Positions 1 through 10,215 of a DNA stretch of 64,000 nt are shown here, one piece after another (the stretch's first letter is position 1; each line of letters begins with the position of its first letter). The position numbers were made by a program, and so were the translations under genes. The DNA is from a phage: sequence record PZ386947.1; one strand, given 5' to 3'. The notes beneath the pieces are model-generated. The model did not search any database, was not told the DNA's origin, and worked only from the letters and a program-made list of their open reading frames with translations.

Positions 1-210
1 GCGACTAAATTGTTCATAGTGCTGAATTACCTCTCTCAAACATTTGCATGTGAATGAAAACTTTTTAGCTACACCACATTCAAATATATGTTCTCTTAAA
101 TCACGTGTATCAATATATCCCATCTCAACAATAAAATGCCGTATTAGATTTTTATCTTTATCATTGAGAGAATTAAAATAGTCAGATTTTGAATTAATTT
201 CCCTGGCCAA
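1..210 (-). CDS. hypothetical protein, 5' part only (ORF runs off window start); start TTG at 210 or ATG at 123 uncertain
   Basis: minus-strand frame open from 210 to position 1; AAGGTGA SD 6 nt before TTG; no homolog recognised. Confidence 0.3.
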   Translation of the reverse strand, partial: MAREINSKSDYFNSLNDKDKNLIRHFIVEMGYIDTRDLREHIFECGVAKKFSFTCKCLREVIQHYEQFSR

Positions 211-490
211 ATTGAATCACCTTCAGTTGACGTTTTAATTCTTTTATCATTTCTTCGTTCATCGCAATATAAAGATCGCGTAAAGCAGGTTTTAACATTC
301 CATTTACTGGAGAACTAAATGGACATACATAATCTTTTCCTACGAGCTTTTTAGTTAATTCCATATCACAGAATTTAAATCCCGGTTCATTGGTATAAAT
401 TCCCCAATTAGTTGACATCATTTTATTGGCATATTCCAGCGCCTGGATTTGATTCATAATTCCATCAATTTGAAACTTTTTAATATTCAT
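194..490 (-). CDS. hypothetical protein (98 aa), motA-downstream early gene
   Basis: ORF track; ATG 488-490; GAGG upstream; 1-nt overlap with upstream gene stop. Confidence 0.5.
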   Translation of the reverse strand: MNIKKFQIDGIMNQIQALEYANKMMSTNWGIYTNEPGFKFCDMELTKKLVGKDYVCPFSSPVNGMLKPALRDLYIAMNEEMIKELKRQLKVIQFGQGN

Positions 491-954
491 TAGTAAAGGT
501 CCTCAGAGTAAAGTTCTTTTTCACTACCACCACGTTCAATACGTACTTGTCCAGCGTAAGTTGCAATAATCATTGCTTCTTCACGTGTCCAATAATTACT
601 ATATTGGTCAATAAACCCTTGGTCATCATCACAAACTTGTTGAGTAACTAATTGAGGTTTAACTACATCTAAAACTGCTGCCATATCTTTAGAATAATGA
701 CGAGCACCAGGAATAACAAGAGTTCCACCATCCTTTAATTTAAACCGATTAGCAGCACATACAATTCGTCGTTGATACTTTTGGTTTTCATCCCAGTATG
801 CAGGCTGCCAACAGATTTCAGGAACTTCTTTCAGAACATCTTCTTCCGTATAATTAGTATAACCTGCTGATTTAAATTTTTCGGCTAAACTCTCTGGAGT
901 CTCACGAGATAATGCAACGTTTAGCATTTCAAGTCTTTCTTCAAATGTTTTCAT
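490..954 (-). CDS. hypothetical protein (154 aa)
   Basis: ORF track; ATG 952-954 overlaps upstream stop (ATGA). Confidence 0.55.
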   Translation of the reverse strand: MKTFEERLEMLNVALSRETPESLAEKFKSAGYTNYTEEDVLKEVPEICWQPAYWDENQKYQRRIVCAANRFKLKDGGTLVIPGARHYSKDMAAVLDVVKPQLVTQQVCDDDQGFIDQYSNYWTREEAMIIATYAGQVRIERGGSEKELYSEDLY

Positions 955-1280
955 TTAAACCATCCTTTAATACGCTGCCACAAAGTTTTCTGTTGAGCTT
1001 TGTTAACACCAATTGAACGAATAACTGGTTGAGATTCCTGGAATTCTTTATAATCAGCAAGGTAAATTTCGTAAGCTGCATCCGTAAATGAACTTATCGC
1101 TGCCATAAAATTATTGCGAATACCTACTGGAGCATCTTTACTTTCACGAATAATCATGTATTTACCAGTCTTAATCTTTACGATAGTTCCAAGATAAGCT
1201 CCATGGTACCAGATGTCCCACCCCTCTTGAGTGGGTTCTGCACAACGACGAAGTTCATTGACAATTTCTAACTTGTTCAT
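951..1280 (-). CDS. hypothetical protein (109 aa)
   Basis: ORF track; ATG 1278-1280 preceded by GAGGAATAAATA. Confidence 0.55.
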   Translation of the reverse strand: MNKLEIVNELRRCAEPTQEGWDIWYHGAYLGTIVKIKTGKYMIIRESKDAPVGIRNNFMAAISSFTDAAYEIYLADYKEFQESQPVIRSIGVNKAQQKTLWQRIKGWFK

Positions 1281-1290
1281 TATTTATTCC

Positions 1291-1926
1291 TCACAGTTCA
1301 GATGCTACAGTGATTACAGCTTCAATGTTTTCTACCGAGCGTTTAATGTCAAGATACACATTACCGTTTTTAGCGATTTTACATGACATTCCGATATCAG
1401 TAAATTTCTGAATATGATGTTCCATCATTTTGTATCCAAAAATTCGCATATTTCCATTGTTGTTAATTTCAAAATTACGAATTCCGTGAGTGCGTTTTTC
1501 TAAAATAGCGAGATAGTTACTGCGGTAAGTTTCAACCTTTTTAAGAACAAATCCATTTTCATCTAAAAGTTTTAACATGAAGTCTTTATCTTCTTCCATA
1601 TCAGAAGTAATTTCGCGAGCTTTACGAGTTGCTCGTTTTTTCAGCAGTTCCGGAGCGTTTTCCTGTGCGTATAAAGTTGCTGCATTTGAAATAATATCCT
1701 GAGCTTCACCAGTAATGATTAATCCATCACCAGATTTCTCCACCAGGCCTTTTTTAATCAATACCCCAATATTACTATTAACTACTGCATTACCTAAATC
1801 TGGATGCACCTCACGAACTTCTGCGGCTGTAATGAAATCTTTCTTAGCAATGGTAATTAAAATCGCAGCAGTTTTTTCATTCAGAACATCGTTAGAAGCT
1901 TTGATGATGTAAGTTACTTTAGACAT
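1291..1926 (-). CDS. motA: MotA, activator of middle transcription
   Basis: 211 aa, sequence and length as recalled for T4 MotA (MSKVTYIIKASNDVLNEK...); SD ACGGAG before ATG. Confidence 0.85.
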   Translation of the reverse strand: MSKVTYIIKASNDVLNEKTAAILITIAKKDFITAAEVREVHPDLGNAVVNSNIGVLIKKGLVEKSGDGLIITGEAQDIISNAATLYAQENAPELLKKRATRKAREITSDMEEDKDFMLKLLDENGFVLKKVETYRSNYLAILEKRTHGIRNFEINNNGNMRIFGYKMMEHHIQKFTDIGMSCKIAKNGNVYLDIKRSVENIEAVITVASEL

Positions 1927-1963
1927 TTTAATCTCCGTTTCAGTTCATTTATTTGATAGGTCT

Positions 1964-1992
1964 ATAGTATCATGTTTAAAGCAGAAGTAAAC
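1964..1992 (-). promoter_or_regulatory. T4-type early promoter upstream of motA
   Basis: minus strand GTTTAC, 17-nt spacer, TACTAT. Confidence 0.5.
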
Positions 1993-2031
1993 ACTTTTTT
2001 GCACTCTTTTTCAAGAGCTCTAATAAAGTAC

Positions 2032-2259
2032 TTACTTAATGTTCAGATTACGAACTTCGATTTCGTCTTCATGGGCAAAATCAAACTGTTTGAATTCTGT
2101 GTCACCTTTAAATTTAAAAATCATTGTGAAGAAAGTCAGAACACCAGGTTTTTCTTCACGAACTCCACAGATATCATATTCAATACCATCTACAACCAGT
2201 TTGTTAGCAGTCAGAGCATTTTTAGCTTTAACGATTTCGTTTTCGATTTTAAATTTCAT
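2032..2259 (-). CDS. hypothetical protein (75 aa)
   Basis: ORF track; ATG 2257-2259; SD CCGGAGA; own early promoter. Confidence 0.5.
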   Translation of the reverse strand: MKFKIENEIVKAKNALTANKLVVDGIEYDICGVREEKPGVLTFFTMIFKFKGDTEFKQFDFAHEDEIEVRNLNIK

Positions 2260-2308
2260 TTTTTGTATCTCCGGGTTGTTTGTTTCAGTTCATTTATTTG
2301 ATAGTTGT

Positions 2309-2338
2309 ATAGTACCACAGTATGCTTTGGTTGTAAAC
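2309..2338 (-). promoter_or_regulatory. T4-type early promoter
   Basis: GTTTAC, 18-nt spacer, TGG TACTAT on minus strand. Confidence 0.5.
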
Positions 2339-2369
2339 CGTTTTGTGAAAAAATTTTTGAAATAAAAAA

Positions 2370-2389
2370 GGGAGAGCCGAGGCTCTCCC
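2370..2389 (-). terminator. intrinsic terminator-like hairpin (8-bp GC stem, CUCG loop, U-run follows on minus transcript)
   Basis: gggagagc cgag gctctccc; plus-strand A-run 2361-2369 gives U-tract after hairpin on minus transcript. Confidence 0.5.
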
Positions 2390-2394
2390 TAAAA

Positions 2395-2544
2395 TTACTG
2401 CATGACTGTGATAACTGTCATGATAACACGTTGAATTCCGAACGCAAGAAGACCTCCTGCTACGGCAGGAACAACACCTAAACCCGCCAGTAAAATGCCA
2501 CCAGATACTAATGCAGCGCTTGTGATACCAATGAATGGACTCAT
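2395..2544 (-). CDS. small hydrophobic protein (49 aa)
   Basis: ATG 2542-2544 overlaps gene 52 stop (ATGA); SD AGAGGAAA; not in ORF track (under 60 aa). Confidence 0.45.
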   Translation of the reverse strand: MSPFIGITSAALVSGGILLAGLGVVPAVAGGLLAFGIQRVIMTVITVMQ

Positions 2545-3869
2545 TTGATTTCCTCTAAATCTTTGGTGTATTCTGTAACTACATCAGTAGTTTTCCAATA
2601 TTCGTTTTCTTCTTTTTTGGCTTTAGCTTCTTCAGCAAGTTTCTTTGCTTCGTCGGAAGTCATATGAAAAATGTTCATTCCAACTAGTTTATCAACATAA
2701 GAAGAATACATATCAATTTTAGAAAGTTCTTCGGTCAGTTCTTTGCGAGTTTTACCTTGTACAACAATTTCACCTGAAATTACTTTCTTAATGAAATGTG
2801 CCTTGGCAAAAGCTAAACGAAATGCTGATTCAGTTTCTTTGATTTTGTTATCAATTCGTTTTTGGACATAAGTTTTACGAACTTCAACGAAGTCTTTGAT
2901 TAAATCAACTACATTATCGTAAACTTGCAGCTTTCCTTTCTCATTAATGACGGTAATATTCTGGGAACGACGCTCAATCAACCCGAAGTCTTTCATAATT
3001 TTTGCATGGCGTTCTTCTTCGTTATCGCTCAAAGAGTATTCTTTACGGAATTTAACTTTAAAGCCAAACCCATGCTCACCGCAAGCATCATCCCACGTAA
3101 TAAAGCCTTTATCTTCAAGCGGGTCTAAAATTTTGCTCACGTAAGTTTCACGATCATACTTATACGGAATCTCAGTGATATGCATTTGAGTTCGTGAAGT
3201 AAACTTGTACGTTCCACGAATTTCATATTGACCGTCAATTTCAACGACTTCACCGCGAAATTCTGGAAATTCTACCTTCGGTTTAGTTACTTTCTTTCCT
3301 TGAAGAGCTTGCAATACAGCTTTCTTGACAGAAGAAACACTATGAGGAAGAATATAAGTTGCATAACCAGTTGCAATACCGGAAACACCATTAAGAAGAA
3401 CAGTAGGAATAATAGGCAAATAGAAAGCAGGCGGAATGTGTTCTTTATCTTGATGTACCGGAGCATATTCAGTATCTTTATATACGTTATAGAAATTTTT
3501 ACTTACACGAGCAAAAATATAACGACTTGCTGCTGCTTTTTGGACGGTACGAGAACCAAAGTTTCCTTGACCATCTAACAGAGGAAAGTTATTATTCCAA
3601 GTATTAGCCATCAAAGCACCTGCGTCTTGTGCAGAGTTTTCACCATGATGATATCCAAGGTCTGCTACACCACCTGCAATAGAAGCGAGTTTGTGAAACT
3701 TATCTTTATTTCCTCGTGCCAAATCAAGAGCTCGAGCAATAACAAATCGTTGAACTGGCTTAAATCCATCAATCATATTTGGGATAGCACGATTTTCAAC
3801 CGTGTACATAGCATAAGCCAATGCTTCATTATCAATGATACTTTTTAAATCACGATTATTCAGTTGCAT
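2541..3869 (-). CDS. 52: DNA topoisomerase II medium subunit gp52 (GyrA-like)
   Basis: 442 aa, same length as T4 gp52; sequence recognised (MQLNNRDLKSIIDNEALAYAMYTVENRAIPN...). Confidence 0.9.
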   Translation of the reverse strand: MQLNNRDLKSIIDNEALAYAMYTVENRAIPNMIDGFKPVQRFVIARALDLARGNKDKFHKLASIAGGVADLGYHHGENSAQDAGALMANTWNNNFPLLDGQGNFGSRTVQKAAASRYIFARVSKNFYNVYKDTEYAPVHQDKEHIPPAFYLPIIPTVLLNGVSGIATGYATYILPHSVSSVKKAVLQALQGKKVTKPKVEFPEFRGEVVEIDGQYEIRGTYKFTSRTQMHITEIPYKYDRETYVSKILDPLEDKGFITWDDACGEHGFGFKVKFRKEYSLSDNEEERHAKIMKDFGLIERRSQNITVINEKGKLQVYDNVVDLIKDFVEVRKTYVQKRIDNKIKETESAFRLAFAKAHFIKKVISGEIVVQGKTRKELTEELSKIDMYSSYVDKLVGMNIFHMTSDEAKKLAEEAKAKKEENEYWKTTDVVTEYTKDLEEIK

Positions 3870-4006
3870 AAATTTACCATACTAGTGAATGTAGTGCCAT
3901 AATAACATCAGAAATGAAAAGCACGACTTGAATTAATCCGAACATTATTCCGTAATATAATGCTATCAATAAAATAGCAAGGGCTAATGAATAGCCCAAG
4001 ATTTTC

Positions 4007-4165
4007 TTAATCATTAGTAGATAACAACACAAATGTTAAATATGCACACATACCCTGAGCTAAAGCTTGCGAAAACACACTGCTGGCATCAATACAGATA
4101 GTTAAAACACATGCTACTATCCAACAAATAAATGAAATAACTCCTAATAATTTTGCAATATTCAT
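4007..4165 (-). CDS. ac: Ac-like small membrane protein (acriflavine sensitivity), 52 aa
   Basis: position between 52 and ndd as in T4; about 51 aa hydrophobic; SD GAGGAAAATATG; not in ORF track. Confidence 0.55.
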   Translation of the reverse strand: MNIAKLLGVISFICWIVACVLTICIDASSVFSQALAQGMCAYLTFVLLSTND

Positions 4166-4177
4166 ATTTTCCTCACT

Positions 4178-4193
4178 GGCGTCCGAAGACGCC
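4178..4193 (-). other. intercistronic RNA hairpin with UUCG tetraloop (ndd-ac junction)
   Basis: ggcgtc cgaa gacgcc; on minus transcript GGCGUC UUCG GACGCC directly upstream of ac SD; no U-tract. Confidence 0.45.
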
Positions 4194-4252
4194 TTTAGTT
4201 TTAAGATTATTACGATAGAACTGCATCACGTGTTCGTTGTGGAAATTACTCA

Positions 4253-4711
4253 TTAATATGCCTGCAAAACGAATTTAAAGTTATCAGCCAACATACGGTT
4301 CATTTCTTCAAGTGTTTGATACTCGGAATGATGATTACGGGTAAACGCCAAAGCTAACTGACCTTTACCAAATCCTGTCGTCAGAGGTTTCATCTTAGAA
4401 GCAGGCAGATAAAATACTGTGTATACCATATTGTTATTTGCAATAGTACGTGCAAGCTGAGACCGACGTTGACGAATATGACTTAGAACTGCACTGAATC
4501 CTTGCTTAGAACGCTGATTACCTACATAAAATCGTGCAGACACACATGGATTACTAAATGGACGACCATCTAATTTACTTACTAAAAAGTAAAATCCAGG
4601 TTTAGATAAAATATCTTTATGCGGAGTTCCTAAAAACCACTCACCACCCTTGATTGTACCAATAACAGTAGCGCCTGCGTTGTTCAGATCAGTAACAGTC
4701 ATGTATTTCAT
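4253..4711 (-). CDS. ndd: Ndd, nucleoid disruption protein
   Basis: 152 aa from ATG 4709-4711 (SD GAGGAAATTAAT); sequence recognised as T4 Ndd; track ORF start is an upstream extension. Confidence 0.8.
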
Positions 4712-4769
4712 ATTAATTTCCTCTAAATTATTTTCTACTCCAAGGCCGCATGAATACGCGGCCATTAAA

Positions 4770-4985
4770 TTAATCGTCGCAGTCGACGCTCAATTCCCAA
4801 AACTCTTCTACAGTATAAGTTTCAGTATCATTTTCAATACAGAAACGTTCATTACTGTTATTTGCTAAAGTAGCATTAACTGTCGGTTTCTCGCTAGTGC
4901 TCTTAAGAGGTGAAATACGAATTAACTGATCACCGTTATCTAAACAGAAAATTTCACCAACTTTTACATCTTTAAAACTTTTCAT
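4770..4985 (-). CDS. hypothetical protein (71 aa), ndd-denB region
   Basis: ORF track; ATG 4983-4985; SD GAGGTG. Confidence 0.45.
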
Positions 4986-4993
4986 AATTCACC

Positions 4994-5104
4994 TCAAGGA
5001 GTATAAAATCCAAATGCAGTTGTTGACCATCCCATCCAATACGGAAAATTTGCACCAATGTAAAACATAAGAATATAAAACCAAATGTTTAGTAAATTCA
5101 TCAT
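4994..5104 (-). CDS. small membrane protein (36 aa)
   Basis: ATG overlaps upstream stop (ATGA at 5101-5104); hydrophobic; below track size cutoff. Confidence 0.35.
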   Translation of the reverse strand: MMNLLNIWFYILMFYIGANFPYWMGWSTTAFGFYTP

Positions 5105-5298
5105 TTTACACCATTCCAAATTGTTTCAACTACGGATTTTAAACCATTCTGATGAATATCCATTCCGACTACCGCCATCAAATAGATTCCAACTACAACT
5201 GAACCTAAGGCAAAAATCAGCATGAAAATGAATAAAGCCGGAAAAATATTATCGAAAAACCATTCAATAAATGTAAAAGCACTGCGTTTACGCTTCAT
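5101..5298 (-). CDS. small membrane protein (65 aa)
   Basis: ATG 5296-5298 with SD GAGGAAAATATG; track ORF extended to upstream TTG. Confidence 0.45.
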   Translation of the reverse strand: MKRKRSAFTFIEWFFDNIFPALFIFMLIFALGSVVVGIYLMAVVGMDIHQNGLKSVVETIWNGVK

Positions 5299-5305
5299 AT
5301 TTTCC

Positions 5306-5419
5306 TCACATAAATCCAAAGTAAACGTTTAATACATCAATCATTAAAACGATTGGGAATATACTCAAAACTATTAGTATTATAACTACATTCCATATAG
5401 CTTTAACAATCTTTTTCAT
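5306..5419 (-). CDS. small membrane protein (37 aa)
   Basis: ATG 5417-5419 after SD ACGGAGGAACAG; track ORF reads through the promoter/leader. Confidence 0.35.
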   Translation of the reverse strand: MKKIVKAIWNVVIILIVLSIFPIVLMIDVLNVYFGFM

Positions 5420-5447
5420 TTTCTGTTCCTCCGTAGTTGATAGGGTA

Positions 5448-5477
5448 ATAGTACCACGGAAGAACAGTCTTGTAAAC
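5448..5477 (-). promoter_or_regulatory. T4-type early promoter
   Basis: GTTTAC, 18 nt, TGG TACTAT on minus strand. Confidence 0.5.
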
Positions 5478-5662
5478 AACTTTTTTAAAAATATTCGTAA
5501 TAAATGTGAATACCAACTACTACCGCTGAAACTTGCACAACCCACCACGCACAAGCAATAAGTACAGAATTCAAAATTTTCATAATAACCTCATCACAAA
5601 AGTAAATGTTAAACAAATTACTGGAATACTAATTAACCAAACAAAACACCACCATAATGAAC

Positions 5663-5926
5663 TCATAGCTCAATCTCAGCGATTTTCATTTCACTACTAT
5701 TAATAGCCGCTTTAAGACTATCTGAAAGAATTACATTCCAGTGGTCATTCATATGACCATTAACTAAGCGTGTAATTTCTTCAGGAGTTGAAAAATAAGG
5801 CTGATCAGACTCCCAATGCGATAATCCTAAGCGAGTATAAATCATGCCTTCATCATCGCTAGAATATTCAACTGACACAAACTCATCAGTTATTTTATGT
5901 TTAGCGTAATAAAATTTAAATTTCAT
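5663..5926 (-). CDS. hypothetical protein (87 aa)
   Basis: ORF track; ATG 5924-5926; SD ACGGAGGAG. Confidence 0.5.
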   Translation of the reverse strand: MKFKFYYAKHKITDEFVSVEYSSDDEGMIYTRLGLSHWESDQPYFSTPEEITRLVNGHMNDHWNVILSDSLKAAINSSEMKIAEIEL

Positions 5927-5951
5927 TTTTACTCCTCCGTAGCTGATAGTT

Positions 5952-5981
5952 GTATTACCACGGTCCTTGTGGTATGTAAAC
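5952..5981 (-). promoter_or_regulatory. putative early promoter (good -35, weak -10 TAATAC)
   Basis: GTTTAC, 18 nt, TGG TAATAC. Confidence 0.35.
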
Positions 5982-5998
5982 CATTTTGTGAAATTTTT

Positions 5999-6556
5999 TT
6001 AAATGGAAAGATACCATCCGTTGTAGTTGCTTTTTCTTACAACCTTACGAAGGTCTTCTCTGTCACCGATGAACTTCGGAGTGTACTGGATGACACCTGG
6101 ATGAATTTCTTTAGTGTTGAATATAATTATACAGTCAGCGACTTGATGATTTAGAATGGGCCCTAGATTTATTCCAGAACCGTATGGATACTCTCCGCTG
6201 CATCCTGTTGTTACAGAAATCCAACGTGAGTCAGTTTGGTGTGTCTTAACTTCTACACGAAGCCCGCAGTATCTTGGATGCGCCAATACATCCCATGCGT
6301 ATGTATACGGGTCATTAACATCCTCTTGGCCTTTATTAACATACCCGCTTAACCAATCTGCTACAAAAAATTCTGCGTACACAGCGATACGACATCTTTC
6401 AATAACTTCTGCTTTATCCTGGTTCGGGTTTTGTTTTAAAGAGTATCTTGCTGTATCAGCAATTTTGACCTTCATTTCACTAGTCAAGTCACTGTTCGAT
6501 AGGGTAAATGTCGGAATCTGAAATAGTCTCTGTAAACCCGGATTCGTTTTCTGCAT
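5999..6556 (-). CDS. denB: DenB, endonuclease IV
   Basis: 185 aa as in T4 DenB; position between ndd block and rIIB; strong SD AAAAGGAAAG. Confidence 0.7.
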   Translation of the reverse strand: MQKTNPGLQRLFQIPTFTLSNSDLTSEMKVKIADTARYSLKQNPNQDKAEVIERCRIAVYAEFFVADWLSGYVNKGQEDVNDPYTYAWDVLAHPRYCGLRVEVKTHQTDSRWISVTTGCSGEYPYGSGINLGPILNHQVADCIIIFNTKEIHPGVIQYTPKFIGDREDLRKVVRKSNYNGWYLSI

Positions 6557-6818
6557 TTAGACTTTCCTTTTTACCACTGAGATAGGCGTTATATACTTTA
6601 AGAGTGCCATAATAAATTCGGTCATTTTCATCTAAAGACTCGCGGTCAAGTTCATCGAGCTCTTTTTTATCCATGACTATAACATCATTACAGTAAAGAA
6701 ACCCAAGTTTTTCGTGACCAAACTCAAATTTATTACAGTACACAATATTAGCGTGATGATTTCCGTGCAGTTTAATCTCTTTTATGTCGGAATCACCGAT
6801 ATTCATACAATAAATCAT
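6489..6818 (-). CDS. hypothetical protein (109 aa); 3' end overlaps denB start by 68 nt
   Basis: ORF track; ATG 6816-6818; SD AAGGAAAAATTATG. Confidence 0.45.
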   Translation of the reverse strand: MIYCMNIGDSDIKEIKLHGNHHANIVYCNKFEFGHEKLGFLYCNDVIVMDKKELDELDRESLDENDRIYYGTLKVYNAYLSGKKESLNAENESGFTETISDSDIYPIEQ

Positions 6819-6836
6819 AATTTTTCCTTAAAACAA

Positions 6837-6852
6837 AAGGGCCGAAGCCCTT
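6837..6852 (-). terminator. UUCG-tetraloop hairpin, terminator-like
   Basis: aagggc cgaa gccctt; U-rich tract follows on minus transcript. Confidence 0.5.
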
Positions 6853-6854
6853 AT

Positions 6855-7049
6855 TTATTTGAATTGTGCAATTCTTTTCTCTAGACATTCAGCATAAGAT
6901 TTCATTGAGATGAACTGTGAAAGTAGCAATTCTTGCTCAACTGCACTAACTGTTAGAAACTTTGCGCTTTCTAAAAATTTGCTCAGTGCATTAATTTTGA
7001 GCATTAATTGATCGTATTCTTCTTTTACTCGTGCTTGATAACCTAACAT
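6855..7049 (-). CDS. hypothetical protein (64 aa) flanked by two identical hairpins
   Basis: ORF track; ATG 7047-7049; SD AAGGAAAATTATG. Confidence 0.45.
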   Translation of the reverse strand: MLGYQARVKEEYDQLMLKINALSKFLESAKFLTVSAVEQELLLSQFISMKSYAECLEKRIAQFK

Positions 7050-7062
7050 AATTTTCCTTAGT

Positions 7063-7080
7063 TAAGGGCCGAAGCCCTTA
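7063..7080 (-). terminator. UUCG-tetraloop hairpin downstream of rIIB
   Basis: taagggc cgaa gccctta overlapping rIIB stop. Confidence 0.45.
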
Positions 7081-8016
7081 TTTAAATTGTTCAGTAACGT
7101 CTTCAACTACTTCGTATTGGCAGGTACGCATTTTAGCATCGTTGTAATCAATCGGAATTGATACTACATCACGCGGATGTACTTTAACTTTTACGACTCG
7201 GCTGGTTGAACTGCCAAAGTGACGAATATAAGATTTAGAACACACATGCAGACCACGAGAACAAGTTTGTGTATCATCGTCATTCACACGAGTACGTGGC
7301 ATTTTAACTACTTTACCCGGACTGTTATCAAAGGTGTTTGAGTGACAGTCAAAGTAATTGCTGCGAACTACTTTCCAAGCATAGAAGTAACCATCTTCTG
7401 TAATTTCAATATCGTTTGCTACCAAGAAATCAAAGAGTCGAGATACCGCTTTTTGGCTTGGGTTTTCCAGCAGATTTTCCAAGAACGGAAAATAAAATTC
7501 AAAGTTTTCGCCTTTTTCCATCGAGTCAAGAATACGATCAACCAAACCAGACCGCAATTCAATATTTTGATAGAACAAGCTTCCACCTTCAATTCGAACA
7601 TCGCCGGAAATATATTTTTCAACAGCGCGACGAACATTAATTTTTTGTGCCGCTTCTTCCAACTTATCCGCTACAAGCAGATTAAGAATTTCCTGGAAGT
7701 TTGAATGAGTATTAGGAGTTGCATTATAAGTTACACCGTCAACAGTAATTGAAATGAATTTTTTAGATGCATTCCAAATAATGTCAGATTTAGCAACTGG
7801 AGCAATAACTGCATCGCTATTAACTTTAACTGTAATATCACCGCTAATAGTAACTTTAGAACGTTTAGCTTCTTCAGCATTTTTCAAAACACGACGGATT
7901 GTGTCAACCGATACATCCTTCCAATAAGCTAATTCCTGCTGAGTGTAATTACCACTTGAATACAGTTTAACAATTTCAGCTTGTTCGTTTTTGGTCAGGC
8001 ATTTAATATTGTACAT
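7078..8016 (-). CDS. rIIB: rIIB protein
   Basis: 312 aa; sequence recognised as T4 rIIB (MYNIKCLTKNEQAEIVKLYSSGNYTQQELA...). Confidence 0.9.
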   Translation of the reverse strand: MYNIKCLTKNEQAEIVKLYSSGNYTQQELAYWKDVSVDTIRRVLKNAEEAKRSKVTISGDITVKVNSDAVIAPVAKSDIIWNASKKFISITVDGVTYNATPNTHSNFQEILNLLVADKLEEAAQKINVRRAVEKYISGDVRIEGGSLFYQNIELRSGLVDRILDSMEKGENFEFYFPFLENLLENPSQKAVSRLFDFLVANDIEITEDGYFYAWKVVRSNYFDCHSNTFDNSPGKVVKMPRTRVNDDDTQTCSRGLHVCSKSYIRHFGSSTSRVVKVKVHPRDVVSIPIDYNDAKMRTCQYEVVEDVTEQFK

Positions 8017-8027
8017 AATTTTCCTTA

Positions 8028-10205
8028 TTAGGCCGCAAGGGCCTTCATAGTTTTAGCGATTTGGGAAACTTCATCATCACTTAAAGAGTTGCGATATCCG
8101 ATGAAGTCGGAAACAATACGGAATTTCTTGGTAAACTCAGCAACCATTTTATCACTGTTTTTTGAAGCATTATTTGATAATACATCAAAAAGATTAGTTA
8201 CTGTCCAGATGTCATGACCGATGGTATCTTTTCCACCATTAAAATATACACCGCGCAATGAACTAACTATATTAGCGAGTCGTGTATATTCTTCAGAAAC
8301 TTCATCTGTACTGAAGTACTTCATCATAAAATCTAGTTCAGGATACTTGATAATTTTATCAATATATCGTTGAGCTGAACTTGAATAACCTACATACTTA
8401 TCATAATCTACATCATCAAAAGCATCTACATATAAATCACGCAAAGCTTCAAAAATACATTGGCACTGACCGAGTTCTTTTACCTTTTTCTGTAAAAGCG
8501 GACGAATAACATAAAATTCATTAATGCCAATAAGATTAGCCATACGAATCAAAATATTCATAGATGGATGACAAAGAGATGTAGTACCATCCATAGAGAA
8601 AATATCAGAACGATGCATATACGCTACATAACCAGTAATTTCATCTGCTTCTGACGTAAGTGTAAATAGTTCCTCTTTTTCCCAGCGCCCGTCTTTAATT
8701 TCAAACTTAAATGCTGTAGCAGCTTTAGGACGAGGAGCTTTACTTTTAACTACCTTTGGAATATAGCTTTTAACTAAAGCTTCAATTTCTGACAAATAAT
8801 GAATGTTAACTTCATCACTTTCAAACATCGCCATAATATCAGGAAGTAAATCAATCTGCGATTCTACTTCTGGGTTAATAAACAGAAGGCGTTCGTTATG
8901 ATGAATATTTAAAGTGTTATTAAATTCACTATCATCTAACGCATGTGCTAATCCACGGACAATATTAACACGATTTTTAATATCATCAATAACGATATTA
9001 ATTTTTGTTGTATTAATACCAAACAGACGATAGCTTGATGCAACGGCTGAAGTTTCATGGCTTTGCTTAATACGTTTCAGCCGAGGGTCAAGATTTACTT
9101 CATACACAACTCCTGCATTGCATAACTTACTATCAGGTTCAAACATGCTCTGCATCTTCTTATATGACAGATTTTTAGTCGTAAATTTGACTGAATTACT
9201 AATCATATAATCTCGAGCAGAATACCCCATCTTCATCAATTCGCGATATGTGTGACGAGGAGATGTAGATTCTTTAAATCGTTTTACATCTTCATTAAAT
9301 GCTTTCTCACTGAGTTCTTTAACTCGTTCAATAATATTTTTACGAGTGCGATCATCCAGTGAAAGAGCCTCGCGAGATGGAGCAATATCAAGTGAACCCA
9401 TTGGAAACTTAATGTAATTCACTTCATTGCGAATGCTTAGCCAGTTACGGTCTCTAATAACACCATCGATAGGATAAACAATACCGCCATAGATAGCATA
9501 CAATCCGCCGCGATCAGGCCAGTATCTTTCTGGATTTACACCGTAATAGTCATCAAAATCTGGAAAATAATCAATTTCGCGGTCAAGACCATTAATGATA
9601 GCCAAATCTTTGAATGGTCGCATGATATAAGAAACTTCATAAGCAAAGTTTCTAAAGTCTTTTTCTTCAACTGGAACTACGATTTCAATGCCAGTTTTAT
9701 CATCTGGACCCATTTCTTTTACGAATGTAGGTTTAATCTGTGGACCATCACCATCCATGTAAGCTACATAACCACGAATTTCACCTTTATGATACGAAGT
9801 AATACTAAACGTATCAGTATAACTAAACGGAGATTTAGAACCTAAACCAAATCCGCCAATGAAATCGTTAGATTCAGCTTTAGATGAACTGAAGTATGAA
9901 TTATACAAGCCAGGAGAATTATCATCACCTTGAATATCAAAATCACTCATACCCGGACCAAAATCTCGACAAACAAATCGCGGGTCTAAACGTCCTGGAA
10001 CTTGTATGATAAATTTTTCAGGATTTCCATTGAGAGCATGGGCATCAATCATATTAGTAATCAATTCACGGACTACTGCGCGAATCTTGTTTGTATACAA
10101 ATCAGATGACAGAATTTTAAATACTTTAGGAGATGCTGTGATGCTAAATGCTTTTGATTTAGAACCATTGCCAAGAATTGTTTCTTTTTCAGTGGTGATA
10201 ATCAT
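8028..10205 (-). CDS. rIIA: rIIA protein (GHKL-ATPase-like)
   Basis: 725 aa as in T4 rIIA; sequence recognised; SD GAGGAAATTATG. Confidence 0.9.
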   Translation of the reverse strand: MIITTEKETILGNGSKSKAFSITASPKVFKILSSDLYTNKIRAVVRELITNMIDAHALNGNPEKFIIQVPGRLDPRFVCRDFGPGMSDFDIQGDDNSPGLYNSYFSSSKAESNDFIGGFGLGSKSPFSYTDTFSITSYHKGEIRGYVAYMDGDGPQIKPTFVKEMGPDDKTGIEIVVPVEEKDFRNFAYEVSYIMRPFKDLAIINGLDREIDYFPDFDDYYGVNPERYWPDRGGLYAIYGGIVYPIDGVIRDRNWLSIRNEVNYIKFPMGSLDIAPSREALSLDDRTRKNIIERVKELSEKAFNEDVKRFKESTSPRHTYRELMKMGYSARDYMISNSVKFTTKNLSYKKMQSMFEPDSKLCNAGVVYEVNLDPRLKRIKQSHETSAVASSYRLFGINTTKINIVIDDIKNRVNIVRGLAHALDDSEFNNTLNIHHNERLLFINPEVESQIDLLPDIMAMFESDEVNIHYLSEIEALVKSYIPKVVKSKAPRPKAATAFKFEIKDGRWEKEELFTLTSEADEITGYVAYMHRSDIFSMDGTTSLCHPSMNILIRMANLIGINEFYVIRPLLQKKVKELGQCQCIFEALRDLYVDAFDDVDYDKYVGYSSSAQRYIDKIIKYPELDFMMKYFSTDEVSEEYTRLANIVSSLRGVYFNGGKDTIGHDIWTVTNLFDVLSNNASKNSDKMVAEFTKKFRIVSDFIGYRNSLSDDEVSQIAKTMKALAA

Positions 10206-10215
10206 AATTTCCTCA

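Noticed and set aside
2925-3578. Plus-strand ORFs of 65-116 aa inside gene 52
   Set aside because: They are antisense shadows of a well-supported minus-strand gene, with low-complexity products and no SD.
6837-7080. Possible CRISPR-like repeat: two identical aagggccgaagccctta units about 210 nt apart, with further copies elsewhere
   Set aside because: The units are self-complementary hairpins at gene ends, irregularly spaced across the window and separated by coding sequence, with no cas genes.
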